A DNA stretch of 27,675 nt from Octopus sinensis (lineage: Eukaryota), in assembly GCF_006345805.1 (NCBI RefSeq), contig NW_021833380.1:1-27675 (forward strand), read 5' to 3'. Positions within the stretch are counted from its first letter, which is position 1. Every line of letters starts with the position of its first letter. The notes under the pieces were generated by a model. The model did no database searches and had not been told where the DNA came from. It saw only the letters and a list, made by a program, of their open reading frames with translations. The position numbers and the translations under genes were made by a program. This document shows, piece after piece, positions 1 to 10,006 of this stretch.

Positions 1-112
1 CAAAATCACTCTCATCAAAAGCAGATTTTTTGGTGACCTTCTTCTTCTTCTTTGCATTGTGTTTCTTACCAAAAATGAACTTTTTCTTGGAATTAGATGT
101 GTTCTTCATTAT
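1..112 (-). CDS. Coding exon (third of three seen) of a minus-strand Lys-rich protein gene; appears to run off the window start
   Basis: Strong acceptor ctgtttttttcttctcttttgcAG (rc of 113-137). Phase-0 frame is open to the window edge: IMKNTSNSKKKFIFGKKHNAKKKKKVTKKSAFDESDF; the other two frames stop early. Phase matches the phase-0 donor of exon 5658-5764. An internal TTG|GTAAGA donor could instead end the exon at 70. Confidence 0.65.
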   Translation of the reverse strand, partial: MMKNTSNSKKKFIFGKKHNAKKKKKVTKKSAFDESDF

Positions 113-153
113 CTGCAAAAGAGAAGAAAAAAACAGTGGGTAAAGTTAGTAAT

Positions 154-509
154 GTTACCCTCTTGGGCCGTGCTGAGTCACAAGGGCCGGTTTCCTGGTT
201 TTCATGGTGAATATATATTTCTTTATTGCCCACAAGGGGCTAAACACAGAGGGGACAAAAAAAGGACAGACAAAGCGATTAAGTCGATTACATCGACCCC
301 AGTACATAACTGGTACTTATTTAATATAATCTGCACCTGTACAGGACGCCGGTCAGTTGCAAGATTACACATCTTTGCCAGGTGAGTGGACAAGAGCAAC
401 ATGAAATGAAGTGTTTTGCTCAAGAACACGTGTTGCCCAGGCCTGGAATCGAAACCACAATCTTATGATTAGGAGTCCAACACTCCTAACCACTAAGCCA
501 CACACCTCC
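154..509 (-). mobile_element. tRNA-derived SINE family D copy, interrupted by a family-B 3' fragment (216-325)
   Basis: The minus strand reads tggcttagtggttagg (A box) ... ggtttcgattcc (B box), then tgttcttgagcaaaacacttcatttc, a body shared with 18583-18901. 216-325 matches the 3' half of family B (compare 15501-15610, 22554-22660). Confidence 0.7.
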
Positions 510-825
510 ACAAAAAGAAAAAGAGAAAAATGGGTAAAAACAAAATTATCACAACACACTGATGAAATTACACACATACACACACATCATTATCATGGTC
601 ATCTCTTTATGTCTCCTTTTCCATGCAGGTATGAGTCGGATGAATCTTGATGAGGTTGTAGAGGAAATATATAGTCAGTACAAGGTGTTGATGTGGCTGT
701 GTGTATGTTATTACAAGAGTTCATAAAGAGATAAAAGATTAAGTTCAAGACCAATATATTTACTACATAGAAATATATTTTATTTACTGGTCGATGATGA
801 TACATAGAATCAATTAATAGAATAC

Positions 826-1078
826 GGTGGCACGTAAAAAGCACCATCCGATCATGACCATTTGCCAGCCTCTTATGGCACCTGTGCCGGTGGCACGTAA
901 AAAGCACCCACTACACTCACGGAGTGGTTGGCATTAGGAAGGGCATTCAGCTGTAGAAACACTGCCAGATCAGACTGGTCCTGGTACAGCCTTCTGGCTT
1001 CCCAGACCCCAGTTGAACCATCTAACCCATGCTAGCATAGAAAGCGGACGCTAAACGATGATGATGATGATGACGATG
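826..1078 (+). mobile_element. RTE-type LINE 3' UTR/tail fragment (family C) with (GAT)n tail
   Basis: Two ~65-bp subunits starting ggtggcacgtaaaaagcacc, then gttggcattaggaagggc...aacccatgctagcatagaaagcggacgctaaac(gat)n. Homologous to 10862-11156 and to the rc of 6368-6921. Confidence 0.75.
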
Positions 1079-1318
1079 AATTAAATGAAGTAATCTATGC
1101 AAGAGAGTTCAGAGATAGAAAATATAGAAATAACAGCTAAGTGGTGGTTTTCAGTCATGTGGCATAGAGAAATAGATGGACATAGCAATGGCGTGAATGG
1201 CTCCAAGTCTAATTGACTAAGAAGCAAAGAGCAGGGTTAGCAAGCTGTTTTTATTAATGGAACGCTAGACATTCTAGAAACTTCCAAAGGAAATGCTAAG
1301 CTTCTTGAATAATTAAGA

Positions 1319-1638
1319 ATGCGTGGCACCTTGGGCAAGTGTCTTCCACTATAGCCTCGGGCCGACCAAAGCCTTGTGAGTAGATTTGGTAGACGGAAAC
1401 TGAAAGAAGCTTGTCGTATATATTTATATACATTTTTATGTGTGTGTGTGCTTGTCCCCCTAACATCACTTGACTACTGATGCTGGTATGTTTACGTCCC
1501 CATAACTTAGCGGTTCAGCAAAAGAAACCGATAGAATAAGTACTAGGCTTATAAAGAATAAGTCCTGAGGTCGATTTGCTCGACTAAAGGCGGTGCTCCA
1601 GCATGGCCACAGTCAAATGACTGAAACAAGTAAGAGAG
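1319..1638 (+). mobile_element. SINE family A, 5'-truncated
   Basis: Colinear with the full copy at 19838-20230, including the internal TA/TG block and the 3' ggcggtgctccagcatggcc..gtcaaatgactgaaacaag. Confidence 0.9.
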
Positions 1639-1681
1639 TAAGATTCCAAGAGAGGAATATTGTATAAGTTATGTGTGTGTG

Positions 1682-1738
<57 letters not shown>

Positions 1739-2422
1739 GTATCATTGAGTGTGTATATAGATACATAATTTGATTTTATGAAATACTTTTCCAAATTTAC
1801 TTCATTTCTAATTATTTATCTATTTTATTTGTCAATAATTTTAATTTACCTGTAAGGTAAGTGACAAGTTTTGATTAACTTACATTTGTGAATCACTAAC
1901 GTGTGTTTGCATGTATTGATACAAAATGTGTGTTTCTGTGTAATTATGCGTGTGTCTAGGTGTATTTCTACACAGGTGTGTGAGAAGATATTTTGCCTTG
2001 TTGCAATGTAAGTCTGCGGAAAATGTAATTTGTTCTGTAGTTTTTCTTCAAATATAAATTTCATCATTCATTTCTGTTTTACCTTTATGATACACCTGTT
2101 TCATGAACACAATTCTTCAAAATTAAGATTTTAATGTTATACCCAGTTGAATATAAAGCTAATAATTCAATTTCTATGGTGATTCTCAAACAAAATTTAA
2201 TTAATTTTTCAATTTCGCCAAATTTACCTGTATTTACCTGTAATTAAATTCACTTTTGAGAGAAAAATCATATAATAGATTTATTGTCAGTAATCTTTTG
2301 TTGTATTCTAAACACGCATTAATATATCACCTTCATAAGAATGTAAAAAGGAAAGGTCGATGTTTTATAGAATCACTCTCAATTCACAGTTATTGTAGAA
2401 TTTAATAATTGAAACACATAAG

Positions 2423-2993
2423 TATAGGTATGGCCATGTGGTTAAGCTTGCTTGCCAATCACCTGGTTTCAAGTTCAATCTCACTTAGTGGTATCTCGGA
2501 CAAAGGTCTTTTTTATCGCCCTGGACCAACCAAAGCCTTGTCGATGCATTTGGTAGACAGAAACTGAGACGCTTAAGGCGGCGAGCTGGCAGAATCGTTA
2601 GCACACCGGATGAAATACTTAACGGTATTTTGTCTGCCGCTACATTCTGAGTTCAAATTCCACCGAGGTCGAATTTGCCATTCATCTTTTCGGGGTCAAT
2701 AAATTAAGTACCAGTTACGCACTGGGGTCGATATAATCGACTTAATCCGTTTGTCTGTCCTTGTTTGTCCCCTCTATGTTTAACCCCTTGTGGGTAGTAA
2801 AGAAATAAGAAATAAGAAACTGAAAGAAGCTTGCTTTTCATAGGCATGGCCATGTCGTTAAGTTTGCTTGCCAATCACATGGCTTCAAGTTCAATCTCAC
2901 TTAGTGGTACCTCGGACAAAGGTCTTTTTTATCGCCCTGGACCAACCATGGCCTTGTTGGTGCATTTGGTAAACGGAAACTGAAAGAAGCTTG
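2423..2993 (+). mobile_element. Two tandem family-A 5' halves (2423-2833 interrupted by a B SINE; 2840-2993)
   Basis: Both copies share private variants (aagttcaatctcacttagtggta.ctcggacaaaggtc..ttttatcgccctggaccaacc) absent from other A copies. Confidence 0.8.
2568..2814 (+). mobile_element. Full-length SINE family B with 9-bp TSD
   Basis: AGAAACTGA at 2559-2567 and 2815-2823. Head ggcggcgagctggcagaatcg (A box) ... gagttcaaattcc (B box); (AAGAAAT)n tail. Confidence 0.9.
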
Positions 2994-3001
2994 ATGTACA
3001 T

Positions 3002-3330
3002 ATCATCATCATCATCATCTAATGTCTGTTTTACAAGCTAGTATGGGTTGGATGGTATAACGGGAGCTAGCAAGGCCAGGGGCCACACCAAGCTTCATAG
3101 TCTGTTTTGGAATGGTTTCTACAGCAGGTTGCCCTTCCTAACACCAACCACCCCACAGAGTGTACTTGGCGCTTTTTATATGGCACCAGCATTCAGATCA
3201 ATTTTGTTGTGGTGGAGGGGTCTTCTTGAGTGCAGCCATGTGCCAGATACCATACATCTTGGTCATCTCCTTCATAAGGCTCAATGTCTTGAGGCTGACC
3301 TTCAAAACATCATCTCATATTTGCACCCCC
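3002..3330 (-). mobile_element. Decayed RTE-clade LINE 3' end (ORF C-terminus plus family-C UTR and (GAT)n tail)
   Basis: 3195-3330 on minus translates I*DDVLKVSLKTLSLMKEMTKMYGIWHMAALKK, resembling the RTE ORF C-terminal pattern W.D.V..DL..L.L...MT.DR..WR..V; it is followed by the family-C UTR. Confidence 0.65.
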
Positions 3331-3425
3331 CTCTCTCTCTATATATATATATATAACATGACACAATCTGATCCATGCAAACAAAGAAAGGTGGACATTA
3401 AAACTATTATATCTGTGTGTGTTTA

Positions 3426-3696
3426 CTCTTTTACTTGCTTCAGTCATTTGACTACGGCCATGCTGAAGCACTGCCTTTAGTCGAACAAATCGCCCCCACG
3501 ACATATTCTTTGTAAGCCTAGTTCTTATTCTATCAGTCACTTTCGCTTGACCACTAAGTCATAGGGGACATAAACACACCAACATTGGTTGTCAAGTGAT
3601 GTGGGGGGAGGGAAGGCAAACACAGACACACACATATATATACATACACAATGGGCCTCTTTCAGTTTCCATCTACCAAATCCACTCACAAGGCTT
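3426..3696 (-). mobile_element. SINE family A, 5'-truncated, CpG-decayed
   Basis: Reverse-complement match to the A body and tail, with many CG to TG/CA changes. Confidence 0.9.
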
Positions 3697-3750
3697 AGAA
3701 TAATGGTTTCATATTTTTTTTATAATTAAGATCTAAACTGTTAATATATG

Positions 3751-4065
3751 TGTGGCATCTTGGGCAAGTGTCTTCTGCTATAGCCCCGGGCCGACCAATG
3801 CCTTGTGAGTGGATTTGGTAGACGGAAACTGAAAGAAGCCTGTCATATATATGTCTGTATATGTTTGTGTGTCTGTGTTTGTCCCCCTAGCATTGCTTGA
3901 CAACCGATGCTGGTGTGTTTACGTCCCCATAACTTAGCGGCTCGGCAAAAGAGACCGATAGAATAAGTACTGGGCTTGCAAAGAATAAGTCCCGGGGTCG
4001 ATTTGCTCGACTAAAGGCGGTGCTCCAGCATGGCCGCAGTCAAATGACTGAAACAAGTAAAAGAG
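3751..4065 (+). mobile_element. SINE family A, 5'-truncated
   Basis: High similarity to 19905-20230. Confidence 0.92.
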
Positions 4066-4235
4066 TATATGAATGCAAAAAAGACAGTTGAATAACTGTA
4101 AACCTACTTTTGGGCCACAGTATATTGTAGGTGAAATTGAGGTAAGATATTGTTCAGAACAGTATTATGTTCTAATAATTTGAATGTCACTGTCAATTCT
4201 ACCGTTTTCCCTTTCTCATATACACTTTACCCTTA

Positions 4236-4605
4236 CTCTTTTACTAGTTTCAGTCATTTTGACTGTGGCCATGCTGAAGCACCGCCTTTAGTCGAGCAAA
4301 TCGACCCCGGGACTTATTCTTTGTAAGCCCAGTACTTATTCTATCAGTCTCTTTTGCCGAACCGCTAAGTGACGGGGGACGTAAACACACCATCATCGGT
4401 TGTCAAGCAATGCTAGGGGGACAAACAACAACACACATACATATATATATATATATATACATATATACGACAGGCTTCTTTCAGTTTCCGTCTACCAAAT
4501 CCACTCACAAAGCATTGGTCGGCCTGGGGCTATAGTAGAAGACACTTGCCCAAGATGCCACACATTGGGACTGAACCCGGAACCATGTGGTTGGTTAGCA
4601 AGCTA
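4236..4605 (-). mobile_element. SINE family A, near full length; extreme 5' end replaced by TA tract and foldback
   Basis: Reverse complement of A from the tail to the B box (gggactgaacccgg) and ggttagcaagcta; the expected cttaccacacagcca is missing. Confidence 0.92.
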
Positions 4606-4613
4606 CATATATA

Positions 4614-4951
4614 TAATATAGGATAAAATTTTTCGGAAAAAATTCTATCAATGGTCAGCATATTAAAAAATACCTTTAAAGGTTAAATTTATAAACAACT
4701 TATAAACAAGGGCAAAAGAAATATAATTTCTAATGCCAAATATGCTGAAAACAGACACATCGTCAATAACCATATTATAGTGATGAATTATATGGTTATT
4801 GACGATGTGTCTGTTCTAGGCATATTTGGCATTAGAAATTATATTTCTTTTGCCCTTGTTTATAAGTTGTTTATAAATTTAACCTTTAAAGGTATTTTTT
4901 AATATGCTGACCATTGATAGAATTTTTTTAGAAAAATTTTATCCTATATTA
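4614..4951. repeat. Foldback: 162-bp inverted arms, 14-nt spacer
   Basis: Arms 4614-4775 and 4790-4951 pair with constant register (coordinate sum 9565) and 5 mismatches by hand alignment; TA-rich flanks on both sides. Confidence 0.97.
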
Positions 4952-5020
4952 GATATATATATATATTGTGTGTGTGTGTGTGTATCCCTCTCTGTTAGGA
5001 GGCACAAAAACTTACATATA

Positions 5021-5187
5021 TACACACGACAGTAACTTCTGACTACCAAAATCAATCACAAGGCTTTGGTCGGCCCGAGGCTATAGCAGAAGATATTAGC
5101 CCAAAGTGCTACACAGTGGGACTGAACCCGAAACCATGTGGCTAGAAAACAAGCTTCCTAACCACCACAGCCGAGCTAGAGCCTATA
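5021..5187 (-). mobile_element. SINE family A head fragment
   Basis: cacaaggctttggtcggcccgaggctatag...gggactgaacccgaaaccatgtgg...accacagcc is the rc of the A head. Confidence 0.8.
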
Positions 5188-5399
5188 CATATATATATTT
5201 CGTTATTTGTACTGTGTACAGCAACATCTGAAATGATAACTTTCACATTTATTATTAAAACGTTCCAGCAAATTCAAATATGCTAGTCGCTGTTGTGTAT
5301 GTCACAGGAGAATTCTCCCTTTTATGATAGACTCGACCACGTAGCTGGCCGATTGCAACTGGGGGAGCTGAACAGGGGTACAGACAAAAGTGTCAAAGT

Positions 5400-5570
5400 G
5401 GACAAAAGCCTCATGCTTATATTTTTCAGCTTCCATCTACCAAAACCACTCACCAGGCTTTGTTCAGCCAGGGGATACAGTAGAAGATACAAGGTTCAGT
5501 TTTGTACAGCGTACCTGAACCTAAGCCTACCTAGTTGGGAAGCACGCTTTTTAATTACACAGCTATGCTG
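5400..5570 (-). mobile_element. Old degenerate family-A head
   Basis: ttcagcttccatctaccaaaaccactcaccaggctttg...tgaacc...ttgggaagc...acacagctatgc. Confidence 0.55.
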
Positions 5571-5657
5571 GCACCGGGGCCTAGTATTCCAATTAATCTG
5601 AATTATCATTTCTATGGTAGAATCCTGTAAACCCAGAACCCAGAGAAACAAACTTAC

Positions 5658-5764
5658 TTCATTTATGTGACCTGATGTAGCAGCTTTCCTTTTCCTGGCA
5701 AACATCTGCAAAGCCTGAAGGTTATCATCCAAACAGTTTTTTCGATGTCCTGCTTGAAGTTTTT
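5658..5764 (-). CDS. Internal coding exon, 107 bp, phase 1 to phase 0
   Basis: Acceptor ttgcttctattttcAG (rc 5765-5780) and perfect donor GAA|GTAAGT (rc 5652-5657). Open frame (E)KLQAGHRKNCLDDNLQALQMFARKRKAATSGHINE. Phases fit both neighbouring exons. Confidence 0.78.
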
Positions 5765-6367
5765 CTGAAAATAGAAGCAATTACATAGAAAGGAGGGTTA
5801 GTTTGTCAGTTGGTTATGATTGTGTTTGGTTAGGTTTGGATCAATTGTGATCCATGATAACTAAGATCAAAGACATCCCCAAAGAGGCCAGGGAACAGAA
5901 GAAAGAAGAAGACATGCACTCAACACCAGAGCTGAAGACACCTCCGAAAGGGGGGGCCCCGCCACGTCAAAACGGTAGAGGAGTAGGGGCCGAAACCAGA
6001 CGTGGTTCCTCCTGATGATGTCTTGAGCTAACTGGATCCTATAAAGGAGCTGCTGTGGTAGTAGAACACGAAACACGGTTGTAATTCCTGTTTTTATTTT
6101 TTATTTTAAGGGCCGCATTATTATGCATTTTCTCAGTCCCTGTGTAAATCTTGATTGATCTGTTGCAACCGTGGCCTTGCTTTTTGTTCTAGAAACCCTC
6201 TCCCCCACCTGCCATATTCAGTCACAAGACATTCGTTGGCTACAGTAAAACATTTAACCGAAGTGCCAAAGAGTGGGATTGAACTTGGGATTACATGGAT
6301 CACATGTGAATTACTTAACCACACAGCAATACTTTCACTTATTAATCTAATCTTTAATCTCTCTCTC

Positions 6368-6921
6368 TCATCATCGTTTAATGTCTGCTTTCCATGCTGG
6401 CATGGGTTGGATGGTCTGACTGAGGACTGGTGAGCCAGAAGGCTGTACCAGGCTCCAATCTGATCTGGCAAAGATTCTACAGCTGCATGCCCTTCCTAAT
6501 GCCAACCACTCTGAGAGTGTATTGGGTGCTTTTATGTGCCACTGGCATGAGGGCCAGTCAGGTGGTACTGGCAACAACCACACTCAAAAGGTGTTTTCTA
6601 CGTGCTACCTGCACAGGAGCCAGTCCGGCGGCACTGGCAACGACCACGCTTGAATGTTGTTTTTTCACATGCCACTGGCACATGTGCCAGTTAGGTAATG
6701 CTAGCAACGATCAAGCTTGAACGGTGCTTTTTACATGCCACCGGCATGGGAGCCAATCAGCAGCCCTGGTAACGATCACACTTGGATGGTTCTTTTAACA
6801 TTACACTGGCATGAGTGCCAATCAGGCGGTACTGTCATCGGTCACGTCAGCGATTTTGATTCTGATTTTACTTGCCTCAACAGGTCTTCGCACGCAAAGT
6901 TTAATGTCCAATGAATGAGAG
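6368..6921 (-). mobile_element. RTE-type LINE 3' end (family C) with five internal ~66-bp tandem subunits
   Basis: (GAT)n tail at 6368; subunit anchors at about 6538, 6604, 6671, 6737 and 6802; the high-coordinate end translates ..TLRAKTC*GK*, like an RTE ORF end. Confidence 0.75.
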
Positions 6922-6922
6922 C

Positions 6923-7070
6923 TATATATATATATATACACATATATATAGATACATATATATATACTATATATATACATACATATATACATATATATAC
7001 ATACATATATAAATAAATATACATACATATATAATATATATACATATATATACATACATATAATATATAC

Positions 7071-7124
<54 letters not shown>

Positions 7125-7362
7125 ACATATATATAGATACATATACATACATATATATATATACATATACATACATATATATATATACATATATATACAT
7201 ACATATATATATACATATATATAGATACATATACATATACATATATATATACATATATACATACATATATACATACATATATACATACATATATACATAC
7301 ATATATACATACATATACATACATATATATATACATATACATATACATACATATATATATAC

Positions 7363-7396
<34 letters not shown>

Positions 7397-7649
7397 ACAT
7401 ACATATATATATACATACATATATATATAACATACATATATATATACATACATATATATATATACATACATATATATATACATACATATATATATACATA
7501 TATTACATACATATATATTACATACATATATATATACATACATATATATATACATACATATATATATATACATATATATATAATACATACATATATATAT
7601 ATACATACATATATATATATACATACATATATATATATATATACATACA

Positions 7650-7686
<37 letters not shown>

Positions 7687-7824
7687 TACATACATTATAT
7701 ATACATACATAATATATACATACATATATATATATACATACATATATATATATATAACATACATATATATATATTACATACATATATATATATATACATA
7801 CATATTATATATATACATACATAA

Positions 7825-7859
<35 letters not shown>

Positions 7860-7977
7860 TACATACATATATATACATACATATATAATACATATATATA
7901 TACATACATATATATATATACATATATATATATACATACATATATATATATACATATATAATATACATACATATATA

Positions 7978-8031
<54 letters not shown>

Positions 8032-8169
8032 CATACATATATATATACATACATATATATATACATACATATATATATATACATACATATATATATATAT
8101 ACATACATATATATATATATACATACATATATATATATATACATACATATATATATATATACATACATA

Positions 8170-8205
<36 letters not shown>

Positions 8206-8230
8206 CATACATATATATATACATACATAT

Positions 8231-8261
<31 letters not shown>

Positions 8262-8352
8262 CATACATACATATATACATACATACATATATATACATAC
8301 ATATATACATACATACATATATACATACATACATATATACATACATACATAT

Positions 8353-8387
<35 letters not shown>

Positions 8388-8508
8388 CATATATAAATAA
8401 ATATACATACATAATATACATATATATATATGTATATATATATATCTATACATACATAAATAAATATACATATATATATATATACACATACATATATACA
8501 TACATATA
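6923..8508. repeat. ~1.6-kb compound (TA)n/(TACA)n microsatellite
   Basis: Directly visible; includes perfect 20-bp units acatacatatatatatatat at 8081-8160. Confidence 0.99.
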
Positions 8509-8573
8509 TGAACAACAAGGTTTATGAACAACAAGCAAGTGTATTAGTTTGACACTTGGGAAAGTGAGAAAGT

Positions 8574-8609
8574 CTTTTACGTTTCGAGCATACGCTCTTC
8601 AACAGAAAG
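8574..8609 (-). ncRNA. Minimal hammerhead-ribozyme-like motif (core variant)
   Basis: Minus strand: cttt-CTGTTGA-A-GAGC(gtat)GCTC-GAAAC-GTA-aaag. It has a 4-bp stem I, 4-bp stem II and GUA triplet; one core deviation (CUGUUGA vs CUGANGA); stem III is loopless. Confidence 0.45.
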
Positions 8610-8743
8610 GAAGAAGAGACAATAAACAGAGACAAAACAATATATACGCACACACATGTACAACACACTCACAGAGGTAGTAACATATACACACTCATAG
8701 ACATTATTTATGCTTCCACACGCAAACATATACATGCTCTTAT

Positions 8744-9315
8744 CATCATCATTGTTCGACCGTGGTCGAGACAATGGAATTTACTATGTTACGCTAGACT
8801 TCACGGTCCATCATAGCATTACGGAGGTCCTGTTGCTGGATGCCTGTATCCCTGGAGATTACATCAGGGTAGGAGAGTGTGCACCCTCTGGTATTGCGAG
8901 TAGATGGCTTCCAGAGGAGAAGAGTAGAAATTACTTCTTTTTCAGCTCTACAACAATGTCCAGCAAACTGGACTCTCCTACCTTTCACAAGAGATGACAC
9001 AGGTGGTAGTTTCCCATATATTTGCATTTTGGTTGGATGGCGCTTCCACGAGAGATTTTGAGCTCTCATAAGGAGGCGAGTGTAGGATCCATCCAACCGC
9101 CTCTCAAGCTTCTTTGATAACGTCCAGGTTTCTGAGCCATATAGTAGAATTGGTTCGACTGTGGCTTTGAATATTTCAAGTTTGAAGTCTCTACTTAGAT
9201 TTGATGACCAGATCTTATGCATGTCATTACAGGCTGACCAGGCCATACCCTTTCTAGATAGAAAGTCTTTTCCAGATGATGATATGTATGACCCAAGATA
9301 TTTATAATCAGAAAC
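8744..9315 (-). mobile_element. 5'-truncated RTE-clade non-LTR retrotransposon (RT C-terminal/thumb region), 11-bp TSD, (TGA)n tail
   Basis: Translates DYKYLGSYI...FKATVEPILLYGSETWTLSKKLERRLDGSYTRLLMRAQNLSW...QFAGHC.R...DREV*RNIVNSIVSTTVEQ*, typical of RTE ORF C-termini. CATGCTCTTAT at 8733-8743 and 9316-9326. TAG at 8794-8796 is probably a mutated TGG. Confidence 0.92.
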
Positions 9316-9544
9316 CATGCTCTTATACACAAGCATAACATACACATGGTCACACACATAACATACACACGCTTGACCACACACATAACATACACACACT
9401 CACTCACTCATGATACACTCATACACATAATACACCCACATAATAGACGAGACTCAAACACATACATACATACACATAACACACAACATGCCTGTACACA
9501 CACACACACACACACACACAATAAGATCCAAATGATTAACTTAC

Positions 9545-9634
9545 CAACTATAGACTTGTGTACTTTTTTCTTCTTTTTCTTTGTTGTTGTTTCAGTTCCA
9601 GCCGACATTGCATCAATCTTCATACATTTGGCAA
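9545..9634 (-). CDS. Coding exon, 90 bp, phase 1 to phase 1; may contain the start codon
   Basis: The acceptor cttctcAG (rc 9635-9642) is the first AG after a long pyrimidine tract; donor TTG|GTAAGT (rc 9539-9544). Translates xAKCMKIDAMSAGTETTTKKKKKKVHKSIV+G. G joined to AA of the next exon gives GAA (Glu), so the joined frame is open. Confidence 0.72.
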
Positions 9635-10006
9635 CTGAGAAGCGGTTTTAAATGTTTGAAATTCAAAGTTGGAGATATGGAAAAAAAAGGGGAAAATATA
9701 CAAATTAAATCAAATTTAAACTCTAGCAGTGGCAGAAGTGCAATTCAGTTTTTATTGGCTCAAAAAGCAAAAGCAAGGCCATGTAGGGGGACAGGAAGTT
9801 ATGTACAGGGAGGGTGGTCATACAAAGAGTTCAGGCCATTTCTGGTCAAGAGAGACTTGGAACCGAGCGGTCATTGACATCTTCAGTAGTGGCTGTATTA
9901 ATGGTAGATGGAGGTTATGGTCATGTTCAGGATTGTCTCCGGATTCTAAAACTACTTTATATTATCTTGAAATTTACTTGGTTACTTTATTGCTGCTCAT
10001 GCCAGG

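Noticed and set aside
601-735. Plus-strand acceptor at 627-628 with GMSRMNLDEVVEEIYSQYK or YESDES*
   Set aside because: Good pyrimidine tract but no partner exon, weak donors, and it lies inside an intron of the minus-strand gene; unsupported without RNA data.
1846-2067. His/Cys-rich ORF as a C2H2 zinc finger
   Set aside because: No CxxC...HxxxH spacing or TGEKP linkers; explained by degenerate CA/TG-rich sequence.
6822-8534. Long ORFs of 215-313 aa (MYVCIYI...)
   Set aside because: Translations of (TA)/(TACA) microsatellite; stop-free only because of repeat composition. The same applies to ORFs at 14592-14925, 16941, 18076-18648, 23124-23538 and 24280-25960.
9560-9651. Plus-strand acceptor and terminal exon (PADIASIFIHLATEKRF*)
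   Set aside because: The apparent pyrimidine tract is the complement of the Lys codons of the minus-strand exon 9545-9634, which has both splice sites and fitting phases.
9826-9945. Extra minus-strand exon (SGDNPEHDHNLHLPLIQPLLKMSMTARFQVSLDQKWPELF)
   Set aside because: Weak acceptor, and its GTATGA donor is phase 0 while the next exon needs phase 1. The plus ORF 9729-10061 runs into repeat and has no recognisable motif.
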